Shown one piece after another: positions 29,814 through 38,985 of a stretch of 64,000 nt of DNA. The notes below the pieces were generated by a model. The model did not search any database. It worked only from the letters and a program-made list of their open reading frames with translations, and was not told where the DNA came from. The first letter of the stretch is position 1, and every line of letters begins with the position of its first letter. The position numbers and the translations under genes are program-made. The DNA is from Candidatus Hydrogenedentota bacterium (GTDB lineage: Bacteria; Hydrogenedentota; Hydrogenedentia; Hydrogenedentales; SLHB01). Location: contig CAXXYE010000010.1 in NCBI GenBank assembly GCA_963674865.2, forward strand, positions 41,076-105,075. The letters are read 5' to 3'.

Positions 29814-30461
29814 TTAGGAAAGCAGACACAGTCCAATGGCAGCGCCAACCACCCCCGTGGACAAAATCCATGGCCAGAATCCTTCCGCCCAGGCGGCAAG
29901 ACTGAGGAAGAGGAAGAAGAGCCCCGCGAGACATGCCAGTGCTGCCCAGCCATCGCCCGGGGATGGAGGCGAAGGCGCGCCCGCACTCGCCTGAAACGGG
30001 GCAGGTTCGGCCTCTGGACTCAATGTCAGGGGCGTTTCGTTCTTACTTAGCGCGGGCTCGGACGACCCTTCATCCGAAAGAGGCTCGAACGCGGCCTGGA
30101 CATCGCGGAAGATGCCCACCAGCAAATTCTGACACGTGCGGCACCGGCTTAAGTGGGCCTCGACTTCTTCGCGCTCTTTCTCGGACAGGCCTTTGTCCAG
30201 ATAGAGTCCCAGGGTTTCAGCTGCCAGACAGGGCTCAACGGGATATTCTGCCTCGTCGTCCAAGAGGCGCCGGAAGCGTTTCACCTCCTCGCGAACGCTC
30301 TCGATATGGGCGGCGCATTTTGCGCAGTGCTTCAGATGCCGTTCAAAGTGGTCGCCGGTTTCGTCAGGTACTTGGCCCAGAACGTAGGCATCGAGGAGGT
30401 GATCCGGCAGGCAGTCCCCGGAACCCGATTTAATGTCCGGGTTCATCACGTCTCCCTTCAA
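29814..30461 (-). CDS. anti-sigma factor with two zf-HC2 (ZAS) motifs and a C-terminal TM anchor
   Basis: The motifs HLKHCAKC and HLSRCRTC are H-x3-C-x2-C, and the C-terminus is hydrophobic. Start candidates are TTG 30461, GTG 30449 and ATG 30446. Confidence 0.7.
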   Translation of the reverse strand: MKGDVMNPDIKSGSGDCLPDHLLDAYVLGQVPDETGDHFERHLKHCAKCAAHIESVREEVKRFRRLLDDEAEYPVEPCLAAETLGLYLDKGLSEKEREEVEAHLSRCRTCQNLLVGIFRDVQAAFEPLSDEGSSEPALSKNETPLTLSPEAEPAPFQASAGAPSPPSPGDGWAALACLAGLFFLFLSLAAWAEGFWPWILSTGVVGAAIGLCLLS

Positions 30462-31022
30462 GAAGTCTGCGCAGCTTCGCTTTCGACCGGCGGAGACGCG
30501 CCGAGATCGTGTTGATATTCATACCCATAATCTCAGCGGTCTCAGCATACTTGAGCCCTTGAACGAAGAACAACTCGAGCACGAGGCGGTCCTGAGGCGG
30601 GAGGTCTGACAGGCCTCCGTAGAGGGCGGGCGTCTTCGCGCTCTCGCGCGATTACCCTGTCCGCAGGAGAGGCGACATAGCCGTCGGATTCCCGATGGGC
30701 TGCTTCAACGATGCGGTTCCGCGTCGTCCATCGCCGTGCATAATCCACGGTGTAATTGTGAGCAACGGTCATCAGGCAGGCATTTAGGGATTTGGCCTTT
30801 CTCACCCGGCCAAGTGCGCGGCATCCATCCGCAAGCAGGCGCTCGATGATCTCGTTGCGGATGTCCTGCACGGCCGACCACAAGGGGCATTCGCTGACAT
30901 GCGCTGAAGTTTACTGGTTACGGCGCGCTGGATGAATTCGGCTAGAGGGCCACGAAATGCGCCTTGGCCTCATCATCGCCCCGGACACATCGTGCGATCA
31001 GTTGTGTCGTATTTTCCGGCAT
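30430..31022 (-). pseudogene. ECF sigma-70 family factor broken into four frame segments
   Basis: Segment 1 (31022..30945) reads MPENTTQLIARCVRGDDEAKAHFVAL and ends in TAG. Segment 2, in a second frame, reads AEFIQRAVTSKLQRMSANAP. Segment 3 is region 2 in ORF 30542..30883 (LWSAVQD ... TVAHNYTVDYARRW). Segment 4 is region 4 in another frame, 30651..30433 (LSDLPPQDRLVLELFFVQGLKYAETAEIMGMNINTISARLRRSKAKL). Confidence 0.65.
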
Positions 31023-31070
31023 CCTGGTCCGTCTTGATCGCTGTAAAGCCCCGACGTGGCGTTCGGCCAC

Positions 31071-32639
31071 TTAGTGCAACAGTGCAACCACCCTGTTGAC
31101 CACCTGGACCTCCTCCGCGCCCAGTCCTGTCGTGAGCAACCCCAATTGCCACGGATACAGCGTCAGGAGAACACGATGGATCACCGCCCAGAACGACACA
31201 GCGGACAGGAAACCACCAAGAATCACACCATAGTAGCGACGCCTGAGCACGCCGGCGGCCTTACGCCGCTCTTTGCGTGCAAGCCGCAGTACATCGTCCA
31301 TGCCATCGGACTTCGCCGCATTGCCCGCCGCCTCGGCGGGCCGTGTCAACGTTAAGAAAGGGTACAGCGCGCCAAAGATCAGGAGGCCGGCTACCGTGCC
31401 CCACCACAAGTAGAGCACGGTACGCATCCAACTATCCTGCGATGCCGAAACGCGCTGCAGCGCCATGGTCAGCAGGAGCAGGGCCAGAAATACGGCGCTC
31501 CCCCCAATCATCATCGCGCGCCCGGCCCCGGTGTGAGGCACGTTCCAGTGCCTGCGCTCGCCGCGAACGATTCTGCCCGCGGCGCAGCTCAAAATGTACA
31601 CGGCAACTAGGGCCGCCAAGGTCCATCCGCAGAGGCCAAGAGGGAACTTGTACTTGAGGCGGTCGGCCTCGATCTTCACGTCCCTGGACTCGAGAAACCG
31701 GGAGAGCCACCCGTTGGCAGTTTGCAGCTTGATGCGGCGTTCGATGAGTTTCTCGCTTGGTTGTCCCTTCTCGAGTTCGTAGATGCGCTCACGCAATTGA
31801 AGCGCGGCCAGTTGGATGTGTACGCCCGCGGTGGCCTGGACCGTGCCGGGTTCCGCACTCGTCACGAGGCGTTCTCCCATTGTTTGCAGAGTCTCGAGCC
31901 AAAGGTCCCAATACTGGACGCGGTTCTGGGCAATATCTCTCTCGGCAGCGGAGGTAATCCAGCGTGTGTATTCGTAGAGAGGGGCGCAGCACTCGTCGAT
32001 AGCCTGCCTGCGAAGCGCGGCATAGCACTCGCCTGCCTGCGGTAATCCCGAAAACCACAACGGCGGCGGGAAGATGACCTTCAACGCGCTATTATTCGTC
32101 TTGGCCACCTGCGCGAGTGACCCGCTCAGGTTCAGGGCATCGCCCGGGCCGCGTAGCCGCGCGGCGGCTTCGAGGTACATAGGCAGGGCATTCCTCGGTG
32201 GGTGCGCGCTGGCCTCACTGAAAAGAGCGCCGGCGTCCTGCCAGCGGCCGGCCCCGAAGAGGCGGCAGCCATAGCGGATCGCGAGGAAGGAATTCGCCGG
32301 GGACACGGCGTATGCCTTCTCATAAGTGGGAAGGACCAGATCATCCTCTTCGCGTTCCGCCAAGGCCTCGAGATACTTGGGCGTTGGCGAGTCACCTCGC
32401 TTGGATTCGATCTTGACGGCCTGTCTGAGGAGGACCCGTGCCGATTCGGGCGCCATCGTCAGCGAGCCCAGATACAATCGCTCGGTTTGCTCGTACCTGA
32501 GGAAGTTCTCTGAGAACCAAAGCATCCATGTGAAGGCAACGCACGAGAAGACGCACAGGCGAAACGCTCGCCGTGTGCGCCGGGCGCCGGCCGAATCGCC
32601 GCCTACCCCGTATTCCGCAAAGCCGTTTGGTGCGCTCAA
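31071..32639 (-). CDS. hypothetical membrane protein (N-terminal TM, TPR-like soluble region, C-terminal multi-TM)
   Basis: The 522-aa product has about 5 hydrophobic segments, and the gene overlaps pgi by 4 nt. Confidence 0.55.
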   Translation of the reverse strand: MSAPNGFAEYGVGGDSAGARRTRRAFRLCVFSCVAFTWMLWFSENFLRYEQTERLYLGSLTMAPESARVLLRQAVKIESKRGDSPTPKYLEALAEREEDDLVLPTYEKAYAVSPANSFLAIRYGCRLFGAGRWQDAGALFSEASAHPPRNALPMYLEAAARLRGPGDALNLSGSLAQVAKTNNSALKVIFPPPLWFSGLPQAGECYAALRRQAIDECCAPLYEYTRWITSAAERDIAQNRVQYWDLWLETLQTMGERLVTSAEPGTVQATAGVHIQLAALQLRERIYELEKGQPSEKLIERRIKLQTANGWLSRFLESRDVKIEADRLKYKFPLGLCGWTLAALVAVYILSCAAGRIVRGERRHWNVPHTGAGRAMMIGGSAVFLALLLLTMALQRVSASQDSWMRTVLYLWWGTVAGLLIFGALYPFLTLTRPAEAAGNAAKSDGMDDVLRLARKERRKAAGVLRRRYYGVILGGFLSAVSFWAVIHRVLLTLYPWQLGLLTTGLGAEEVQVVNRVVALLH

Positions 32640-34003
32640 CCGGCGTCTCCCATCAATCTGCGAGCAATCCGTTTGCCTTCTTCGACCCCAGGTTGGTCGA
32701 AGGTCTGAACGTGGTACAAGCGGCCGGCCATTGCCGTCTCGACTTCGAGCATGTAGAGCAATTGTCCGATGGTGTGCGCATTGACGCGTGGGAGAATGAT
32801 CCGGGAAACGGGCCGTTGGCTCAGGCGTAAGGCGTCCATCGTTCCGCGGAGTTCCGCGGCCAAGAGGCGGTTCATCGTCTTTCCACGCAGATAGGCGAGT
32901 TCGGGAATGCTGTCAAGGGCGCCGGGAATGCGGAGTGTCTTGTCGAAGCGACGGACCTCCAAGATGTTGATGAGCTTGTCGTTCGGCCCTTCGCGATAAA
33001 GCTGTATCTGGGAGTGTTGGTCGGTCGCTCCAAGGGCTTTCACAGGGGTCTGTCCAACAAAGACCTCATCGCCATCCAGATTCAACTTCTTACCAAGGCT
33101 TTCGGCCCAGAGTTGGCGGTACCAATCCGCCACGTCCCGCAAGGCGTCCGAGTAAGGCATCATGACGGAAATGGTCTTCCCCTTGCGCGTGTCCGCGAGG
33201 TACTGGACGGCCGCGCGAAGATAGGCAGGATTATCGGCCGATTCCGGCGTGGCGCAACGGGCATCCATCGCGGCGCAGCCGGCACAGAGTTCGTCGATGT
33301 CCATGCCGAGCATGGCGGCAGGGAACATGCCCACCGGCGAGAAGACAGAGAACCGCCCCCCAACGTTGAGCGGCACGGCAAACGACACCAGTCCGTAGGC
33401 ATCCGCCACGGTGTGCAGAAGGCTCGGGGGAGCGCCCCCACCGCGCGGATTGCTCGTAACGACGACATGCTCTTTCATGGCGTCGGCGCCCAGCTTCTTC
33501 TCGATGGCGTCCACGATGATCATGAGCTGGGACATAGTCTCCGCCGTGCCGCCCGACTTCGAGATCACGTTGTATACGGTCTCGCTGGGGCGGCACAGAC
33601 GCATCATCTGTCGGAAAGAGACAGGGTCGATGTTGTCCATGACAAAGACCCTGGGATAGCCACCCCGGCCGCGTGGCGTCAGGAGGTTGTAGTACGGGGA
33701 TTTGAGGGCCGTAACCAGCGCCGTGGTTCCCAAGGCGGAGCCGCCGATTCCCAGGATGACCAGGTTGCGGGGACGCTTGGCCTGGAACTCCGCCGCCTTC
33801 TCCTTGACGTCGCGAAGGGCCGATTCATCCTTGTAGAGATCGTAGAAGCCGTAGACGCTGTCGCGCCGCTCCCGGAGCAGGATCTCGTGCGCATCGGCCA
33901 CCCGGGCCTCGAGCTCCCGGAACTCCTTTGGTGTGAAGCCATTAGCGTCGCCGACGGCCGAAGCCTTTGCCCGCGATACATCAACGCGAATATCCAGGTT
34001 CAT
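32636..34003 (-). CDS. pgi: glucose-6-phosphate isomerase
   Basis: LVILGIGGSALGT, the SKSGGTAET-type segment (ISKSGGTAET) and a length of 455 aa fit the family. Confidence 0.85.
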   Translation of the reverse strand: MNLDIRVDVSRAKASAVGDANGFTPKEFRELEARVADAHEILLRERRDSVYGFYDLYKDESALRDVKEKAAEFQAKRPRNLVILGIGGSALGTTALVTALKSPYYNLLTPRGRGGYPRVFVMDNIDPVSFRQMMRLCRPSETVYNVISKSGGTAETMSQLMIIVDAIEKKLGADAMKEHVVVTSNPRGGGAPPSLLHTVADAYGLVSFAVPLNVGGRFSVFSPVGMFPAAMLGMDIDELCAGCAAMDARCATPESADNPAYLRAAVQYLADTRKGKTISVMMPYSDALRDVADWYRQLWAESLGKKLNLDGDEVFVGQTPVKALGATDQHSQIQLYREGPNDKLINILEVRRFDKTLRIPGALDSIPELAYLRGKTMNRLLAAELRGTMDALRLSQRPVSRIILPRVNAHTIGQLLYMLEVETAMAGRLYHVQTFDQPGVEEGKRIARRLMGDAG

Positions 34004-36570
34004 GGTCCTTTCCCCTCCCGCCGTTCAAAGAACTCCGCCAATGCCTGGTAGACGCCTTTCCTCGGCCCGTTCACGATGCGTAGGCCGGGCAGCGAATCAA
34101 GAAATAGCCGGCCGTAATGGCGTTTCACAACGCGCGAATCAAGCACGAGAATTGCCCCACGGTCGCTTCGATGCCGTATCAAACGGCCGAAGCCCTGCCG
34201 GAACTTGATGATTGCCTGGGGCACGGTATACGAAAGAAATGAGTTCCCTCCCGCCTCGTCAATGGCCTCGGCTCGGGCCTGAACCGTCGGCTCCGTGGGT
34301 ACACGAAATGGGAGTTTCGGGAGTATAACACACTGCAGCGATTCGCCGACAACGTCAACGCCTTCCCAGAAGCTGTCCGTGGCGAAGAGGACCCCCGAGG
34401 GCGCAGCGCGGAATTCGTCCAGCATTCGGGAACGGGCGGCCGAACCTTGTTTCAGGGGCAGGATTCCGGCGTGGCGCAGCTCGGATTCGAGTCGGGTGTA
34501 GGTATAGTCGAGCGCATAGAATGACGTAAACAGCACGAAGGCGTGTCCCTTCGTTATGCGGAGGGCATCACGGATGCAATCAACCGTCTGCTCGAGGAAG
34601 TCAGCGCTATCGGGTGGCTGAAGGTCTCGCGGGATACAGAGCACGGCCTGTCGAGTGAAGTCGAAAGGCGAATCGAGCACCGCTGTCTCGGGCTCACGGT
34701 CCTCAACGTAGTCCAGGCCGATCCTGGAGAACAGATAACCGAAACTCCGCTGAACGGCCAAGGTGGCCGAGGTCATGATCACGGTGCGCAGATTGGCATA
34801 CACCCATTCCGCCAGGGGGCGGCCGACCTCCAGAGGACAACTCGCGAGCCGCACGAACTTAGCGCGGTAGGCGTCGATCTCGATCCATCGCACCGTATTC
34901 GGCTGAAGCGTCTCGCTCGTTGTCTCGCCGAGAACGTTCGCTACGCGGCACAGCCGTTCGGCATATCCCCGCAATTGACTCACTTCGAGGAGAAACGGAG
35001 GCTCATCCGCCGCGCTCGCGGCAGTGATGTCCTTCAGGCTGCGCCAGAGTTCCGTGCAGTGCCTTGCGCACCGCAGCAACTCCTCGACAGCCGGGGCGAC
35101 ACAGCCCGCATGGACTTCTCTGAGCGCTTCGTCGCGAAGGGCCTCCTCGGTAAGCCGCCACTTGATGTCGCGCCCAAGCTGCCCGCACTTCTCGGAAGCG
35201 ACGCCGCGCAAAGCATCGAATGCCGCAACCACAGTCTCGCGCGCGACGGCCAGCGATGGCAAGAGCTCGTTATCGATTAGGTCCTGGATGCGGTCGATCG
35301 TCGCCATCGCGACGCTGCCGGCCGCCAAAACCAGCTTCCGCTTGATGTAAGGTATCAGCCCGCGCTCCCGGCCTCGTTCGGTTCTCACGAATCGCCCGAA
35401 TAGGGCGAGGCTGCCGAGGCGCGTTATGGAGGCGCCGAAGTACTGCGTGGCCGCGTCTTCGATGTTGTGCGCTTCGTCGAAGATAACGCGCCGGTATGCA
35501 GGCAACACCGCGAGAGCACTGAAACTGCCGACCTCCTTCTTGATGGCCAGGTCGGAGAAGAGCATGTGATGATTGGCGATGATCAAGTCGGCCTTGGCGA
35601 TATCGCGGCGCGCTTTCATCACGAAGCACGCCTTGGCAGAGGAGCACTGCGTGCCCGTGCAGGTGTCCGCTTCGGAACAGACTTCGCTCCAGACGCCTCG
35701 GGCCGGCACAAACGGCAGATCGGAAACACTTCCGTCGCTTGTCTTGCGGGACCACTCCTCCAGCGCCGTAAGCGTCTCGGCCGTTTCCTCGTCTTCGAAT
35801 AAAGTGGCCTCGGATAGGGCGCGCGCAAGTCTCCTGCGGCAGAGGTAGTTGCCACGGCCCTTCACAAGGACGGCATTGAACGATTCGTCAAGGCACTTGG
35901 TGAGGGCGGGAATATCCTTGTGGATAATCTGCTCTTGTAGGTTGATTGTCTTCGTCGATACGACCACGCGCTCACGGTTACGCACGGCCCAAAGCACGGC
36001 CGGCAACAGGTAGGCGAGTGTCTTGCCGACGCCGGTGGGCGCCTCGACTACGGCAATGCCGTCGCCGTTGAAGGCGCGTGCTACGGCATCCATCATCTCG
36101 GTTTGCTGTGGACGGACCTCGAAGCCGGGCAAGACGCGCGCCAGCCGCCCGTTGGGGCGGAAGGCGCGCTCCAGTTCATTCGGGCTGAGTCTGTGTATTT
36201 CTTCCGGAAGGAAAGGCTCGACGATGACGTAGACGCGGCTTAGGCCGTTGTCGACGATGTAGACGCCGTGCCCTTCGTGGCCGAACAGCGCCGAGAGGTC
36301 AAGGTCGGCATCCGAGGGATTGAGGTCGCCGGAGGGATGGTTGTGGAGGACGACTTCTCGCGGTTTGAGTGACTCGCAGAAAGCGGGAACGGCCTCGGCG
36401 TTTCCGCGCGCGCAGACGCGCACGTCGCATATCAGGCCGTCGCCGTCCAACGCGCCGGCGAAGAATACCTCGTTGCCTCCGGCCTCGCCGATGGCGCGTC
36501 CCATCTTCTCACGGGCATGCGCACGAATTCGGACGGCCGCGTCTTCGCCGATCTCAGGAGACGCACTCAA
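34000..36570 (-). CDS. DinG/XPD-family Fe-S helicase fused to an N-terminal JAB/MPN (RadC-like) domain
   Basis: Residues of about 1-125 carry a complete JAMM motif, HNHPSGDLNPSDAD. They are followed by Walker A EAPTGVGKTL, a Cys cluster (C-x..-CSEADTCTGTQCSSAKAC), the DEAH box (FDEAHNIED) and the helicase C-terminal domain. Confidence 0.8.
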   Translation of the reverse strand: MSASPEIGEDAAVRIRAHAREKMGRAIGEAGGNEVFFAGALDGDGLICDVRVCARGNAEAVPAFCESLKPREVVLHNHPSGDLNPSDADLDLSALFGHEGHGVYIVDNGLSRVYVIVEPFLPEEIHRLSPNELERAFRPNGRLARVLPGFEVRPQQTEMMDAVARAFNGDGIAVVEAPTGVGKTLAYLLPAVLWAVRNRERVVVSTKTINLQEQIIHKDIPALTKCLDESFNAVLVKGRGNYLCRRRLARALSEATLFEDEETAETLTALEEWSRKTSDGSVSDLPFVPARGVWSEVCSEADTCTGTQCSSAKACFVMKARRDIAKADLIIANHHMLFSDLAIKKEVGSFSALAVLPAYRRVIFDEAHNIEDAATQYFGASITRLGSLALFGRFVRTERGRERGLIPYIKRKLVLAAGSVAMATIDRIQDLIDNELLPSLAVARETVVAAFDALRGVASEKCGQLGRDIKWRLTEEALRDEALREVHAGCVAPAVEELLRCARHCTELWRSLKDITAASAADEPPFLLEVSQLRGYAERLCRVANVLGETTSETLQPNTVRWIEIDAYRAKFVRLASCPLEVGRPLAEWVYANLRTVIMTSATLAVQRSFGYLFSRIGLDYVEDREPETAVLDSPFDFTRQAVLCIPRDLQPPDSADFLEQTVDCIRDALRITKGHAFVLFTSFYALDYTYTRLESELRHAGILPLKQGSAARSRMLDEFRAAPSGVLFATDSFWEGVDVVGESLQCVILPKLPFRVPTEPTVQARAEAIDEAGGNSFLSYTVPQAIIKFRQGFGRLIRHRSDRGAILVLDSRVVKRHYGRLFLDSLPGLRIVNGPRKGVYQALAEFFERREGKGP

Positions 36571-36716
36571 CTTCAGCCTCTCCCAAGTTCACGCAAGCAT
36601 CGCGTTTTGGTTGGCGAGCCACTCGCCGGATAGCGCCCTTACGGGCCGCTCCGCTAAAGCCGTATGGACGGCGTTCGAGGAAGTCAACCAAGCGTGGGTG
36701 AAGTGCCCAGCCGCTC

Positions 36717-37283
36717 TCACTGCAAGGGCCTGGCGATGAGGTTCATGAATTCTGTTCGAGTGGCCATGCTGTTGTGGAAACTTCCGAGCACGGAGGAAGT
36801 CGTCATGACGGAGTTCTGCTTCTCAACGCCCCGCATCATCGTGCAGAGGTGTCGGCACTCGATGACGACCCCCACGCCCTCGGCCTGGGTCGCAGCCATC
36901 ACTTCGTGCGCGATCTGGGCGGTCAGGCGCTCCTGGATCTGCAAACGGCGGGCGTAGTTGTCAACGATCCTCGACAGCTTGCTCAGTCCGATCACCCTGT
37001 TCTCGGCGATGTAGCCGATGTGACACCGGCCGAAGAACGGCAGCATGTGATGCTCGCATAGACTGTAGACTTCGATGTCTCGCGAGATAATCATATTGTT
37101 CGACTCCGCCTGAAACACGGCGTCGTTGATAAGCGCGCTTGTATTGGTTCGGTAGCCCGACGTGAGGTACTCGTAAGCGCGAGCCACGCGCTCGGGGGTC
37201 TTCAACAGCCCTTCCCGCTCGGGATCTTCGCCAATCTCGATCAATAACTCGCGAATGAGTTTCTGTACGCGTTCAAGGTTCAT
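36717..37283 (-). CDS. folE: GTP cyclohydrolase I
   Basis: [20 protein letters not shown] and [17 protein letters not shown] are present. ATG 37283 overlaps the folK stop as ATGA; the track start at 37307 is less likely. Confidence 0.9.
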   Translation of the reverse strand: MNLERVQKLIRELLIEIGEDPEREGLLKTPERVARAYEYLTSGYRTNTSALINDAVFQAESNNMIISRDIEVYSLCEHHMLPFFGRCHIGYIAENRVIGLSKLSRIVDNYARRLQIQERLTAQIAHEVMAATQAEGVGVVIECRHLCTMMRGVEKQNSVMTTSSVLGSFHNSMATRTEFMNLIARPLQ

Positions 37284-37840
37284 CCCATTACCCTCGCTCT
37301 CAACCATTGCGTGTAATCATACATGGGAATCATCCTGGTTTCATCCGGCATGCCGTCCACAACGGCGGATATGGCCTCCTCGGTGTCCGGCAGGATCAAA
37401 TCGGGCGCCAGTTCGAGCAGAGGCACGGCTAGGAATCGCCGTGTCCGGACATCCGGATCCGGTATCTGGAGTCCCGGCTCTCTCACGACAATGTCCCCGA
37501 GAAGGAGGATGTCCAGGTCGATGGCGCGGGGCGCGTACCTGTCCGCAGAGCGTGCGCGCCCCAAGGCGGCTTCGATAGGCCTCAAGACGTCGAGTTTCAG
37601 AGCAGCCGCCGAAAGCCCTGTCATGGCCAGGCAGACGCCGTTGATGAAGTCGGGCTGTTCAGGCCGGCCCAGGGCGGGCGTGCTATAGAAAGTGGAAAGC
37701 GCAGTCACATGGACGTGTTCGGCGAGTAGCGTCAGGGCTTTGAGAATGTTCGGCTCGGGATCAATATTTGAGCCAACGGCAATGAAGGAAGCTCGCAGTT
37801 CATCCGCCACGGGCATCTCTCCGGACAACCGCTCAGGCAT
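37280..37840 (-). CDS. folK: 2-amino-4-hydroxy-6-hydroxymethyldihydropteridine diphosphokinase
   Basis: IAVGSNI ... RPIEAALGR ... [12 protein letters not shown] ... [18 protein letters not shown] is present. The start is ATG 37840 or ATG 37816; the long track extension is spurious. Confidence 0.85.
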   Translation of the reverse strand: MPERLSGEMPVADELRASFIAVGSNIDPEPNILKALTLLAEHVHVTALSTFYSTPALGRPEQPDFINGVCLAMTGLSAAALKLDVLRPIEAALGRARSADRYAPRAIDLDILLLGDIVVREPGLQIPDPDVRTRRFLAVPLLELAPDLILPDTEEAISAVVDGMPDETRMIPMYDYTQWLRARVMG

Positions 37841-38210
37841 TGTCCGCGCGTTCGCGCGTGATCGCCACGGCGACGCTTCTAGCGAAGCGCAAGGCGCCGG
37901 GCTTGTCGATGACGACCTCGACACGCTCGACCTTTGGATCTTCGAGGGCAATCTCCGCGGCGCGCTCCGCGAGACGCTCGACGAGGTAGAAGGATGAAGA
38001 CTCGGCCATCGCAAGGATCGCCTGCTTAACGCGCTTGTAGTCCACGGTGTCTTCGATCTGATCGCTTTGCCCGGCCGGCCGCAGGTCCGCATACAAGGTT
38101 ATGTTGACGAGGATCTCCTGGCGTTTCTCCCGCTCCTCCGGATAGATGCCGATGATGCAGCGAACGAGCAGATCCCGGATGAGAATTCTATCCAATCGCC
38201 GTTCAGCCAT
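37833..38210 (-). CDS. folB: dihydroneopterin aldolase
   Basis: IRDLLVRCIIGIYPEEREKRQEILVNITL ... TVDYKRV is present. ATG 38210 overlaps the upstream gene end. Confidence 0.85.
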   Translation of the reverse strand: MAERRLDRILIRDLLVRCIIGIYPEEREKRQEILVNITLYADLRPAGQSDQIEDTVDYKRVKQAILAMAESSSFYLVERLAERAAEIALEDPKVERVEVVIDKPGALRFARSVAVAITRERADNA

Positions 38211-38952
38211 ACACCGCTCCCCGCAGGCTGCGCCCGCCATCCACGTAGATGATCTGCCCGGTGACAAAATTACTGCGGAGCAGGAACAGCGCCGCCTCAA
38301 CCACATCGTCCGTGTTGCCGTACGTGTTCAGCGGATTCGTCGGGGCCAGTTGTTTGAGGTAGTCCTCATCCTTGCCCTCGGGCGGTAAGATCAGTCCCGG
38401 CGCAATACCATTGACGCGAATCCTCGGGGCGAACTCGATCGCCATCATACGCGTCAAAGAGAGAAGCATCCGCTTGCTCAGGTGGTACGCCACGTGGTCC
38501 TTGTCGTAGTCGGCGACGCGCGTGTCGAGCATATTGATGATCGCGCCGGGCCGGTTCTGGGCGGCAAGACGGCGGGAAAGGAGAAGAGGCGCCGCGGCGT
38601 GGACGCTCACGTTGTTGAGAATCTGCTCGGGAGCGACGGACGCCAGCCGACTTTCTTGGAAGAACGATGCGTTGTTGATGAGAAAATCGATGGGCCCGGC
38701 CAAGTCCGTCGCACGCGGAAGCAAAGCATCCGCCTTCTCCGAGACGGCCAAGTCTGCCGGGAGGGCATATCCCTTTGGGCCGAGGGCGTTGATCTCGGCT
38801 ACGAGGTCGGCCGCCTCGTCGGCCGAAGAGCGGTAATGCACGATCACGTTGACGCCCGCACGTGCCAGCCCAAGCGCGATCGCCCGTCCGAGGCGGCGCG
38901 CCGCCCCCGTGACAAGAGCATTGTGTCCACTGAGTTCGCTCATCGCTTGCAT
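38203..38952 (-). CDS. SDR oxidoreductase with the pteridine-reductase/FolM signature
   Basis: VTGAARRLG fits TG-x3-R-x-G, and the catalytic Y-x3-K is YHLSK. It is the first gene of the folB-folK-folE string. Confidence 0.65.
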   Translation of the reverse strand: MQAMSELSGHNALVTGAARRLGRAIALGLARAGVNVIVHYRSSADEAADLVAEINALGPKGYALPADLAVSEKADALLPRATDLAGPIDFLINNASFFQESRLASVAPEQILNNVSVHAAAPLLLSRRLAAQNRPGAIINMLDTRVADYDKDHVAYHLSKRMLLSLTRMMAIEFAPRIRVNGIAPGLILPPEGKDEDYLKQLAPTNPLNTYGNTDDVVEAALFLLRSNFVTGQIIYVDGGRSLRGAVYG

Positions 38953-38985
38953 ACAGGCACTCCAGCGGCGAAAAAGTCGTTCATG

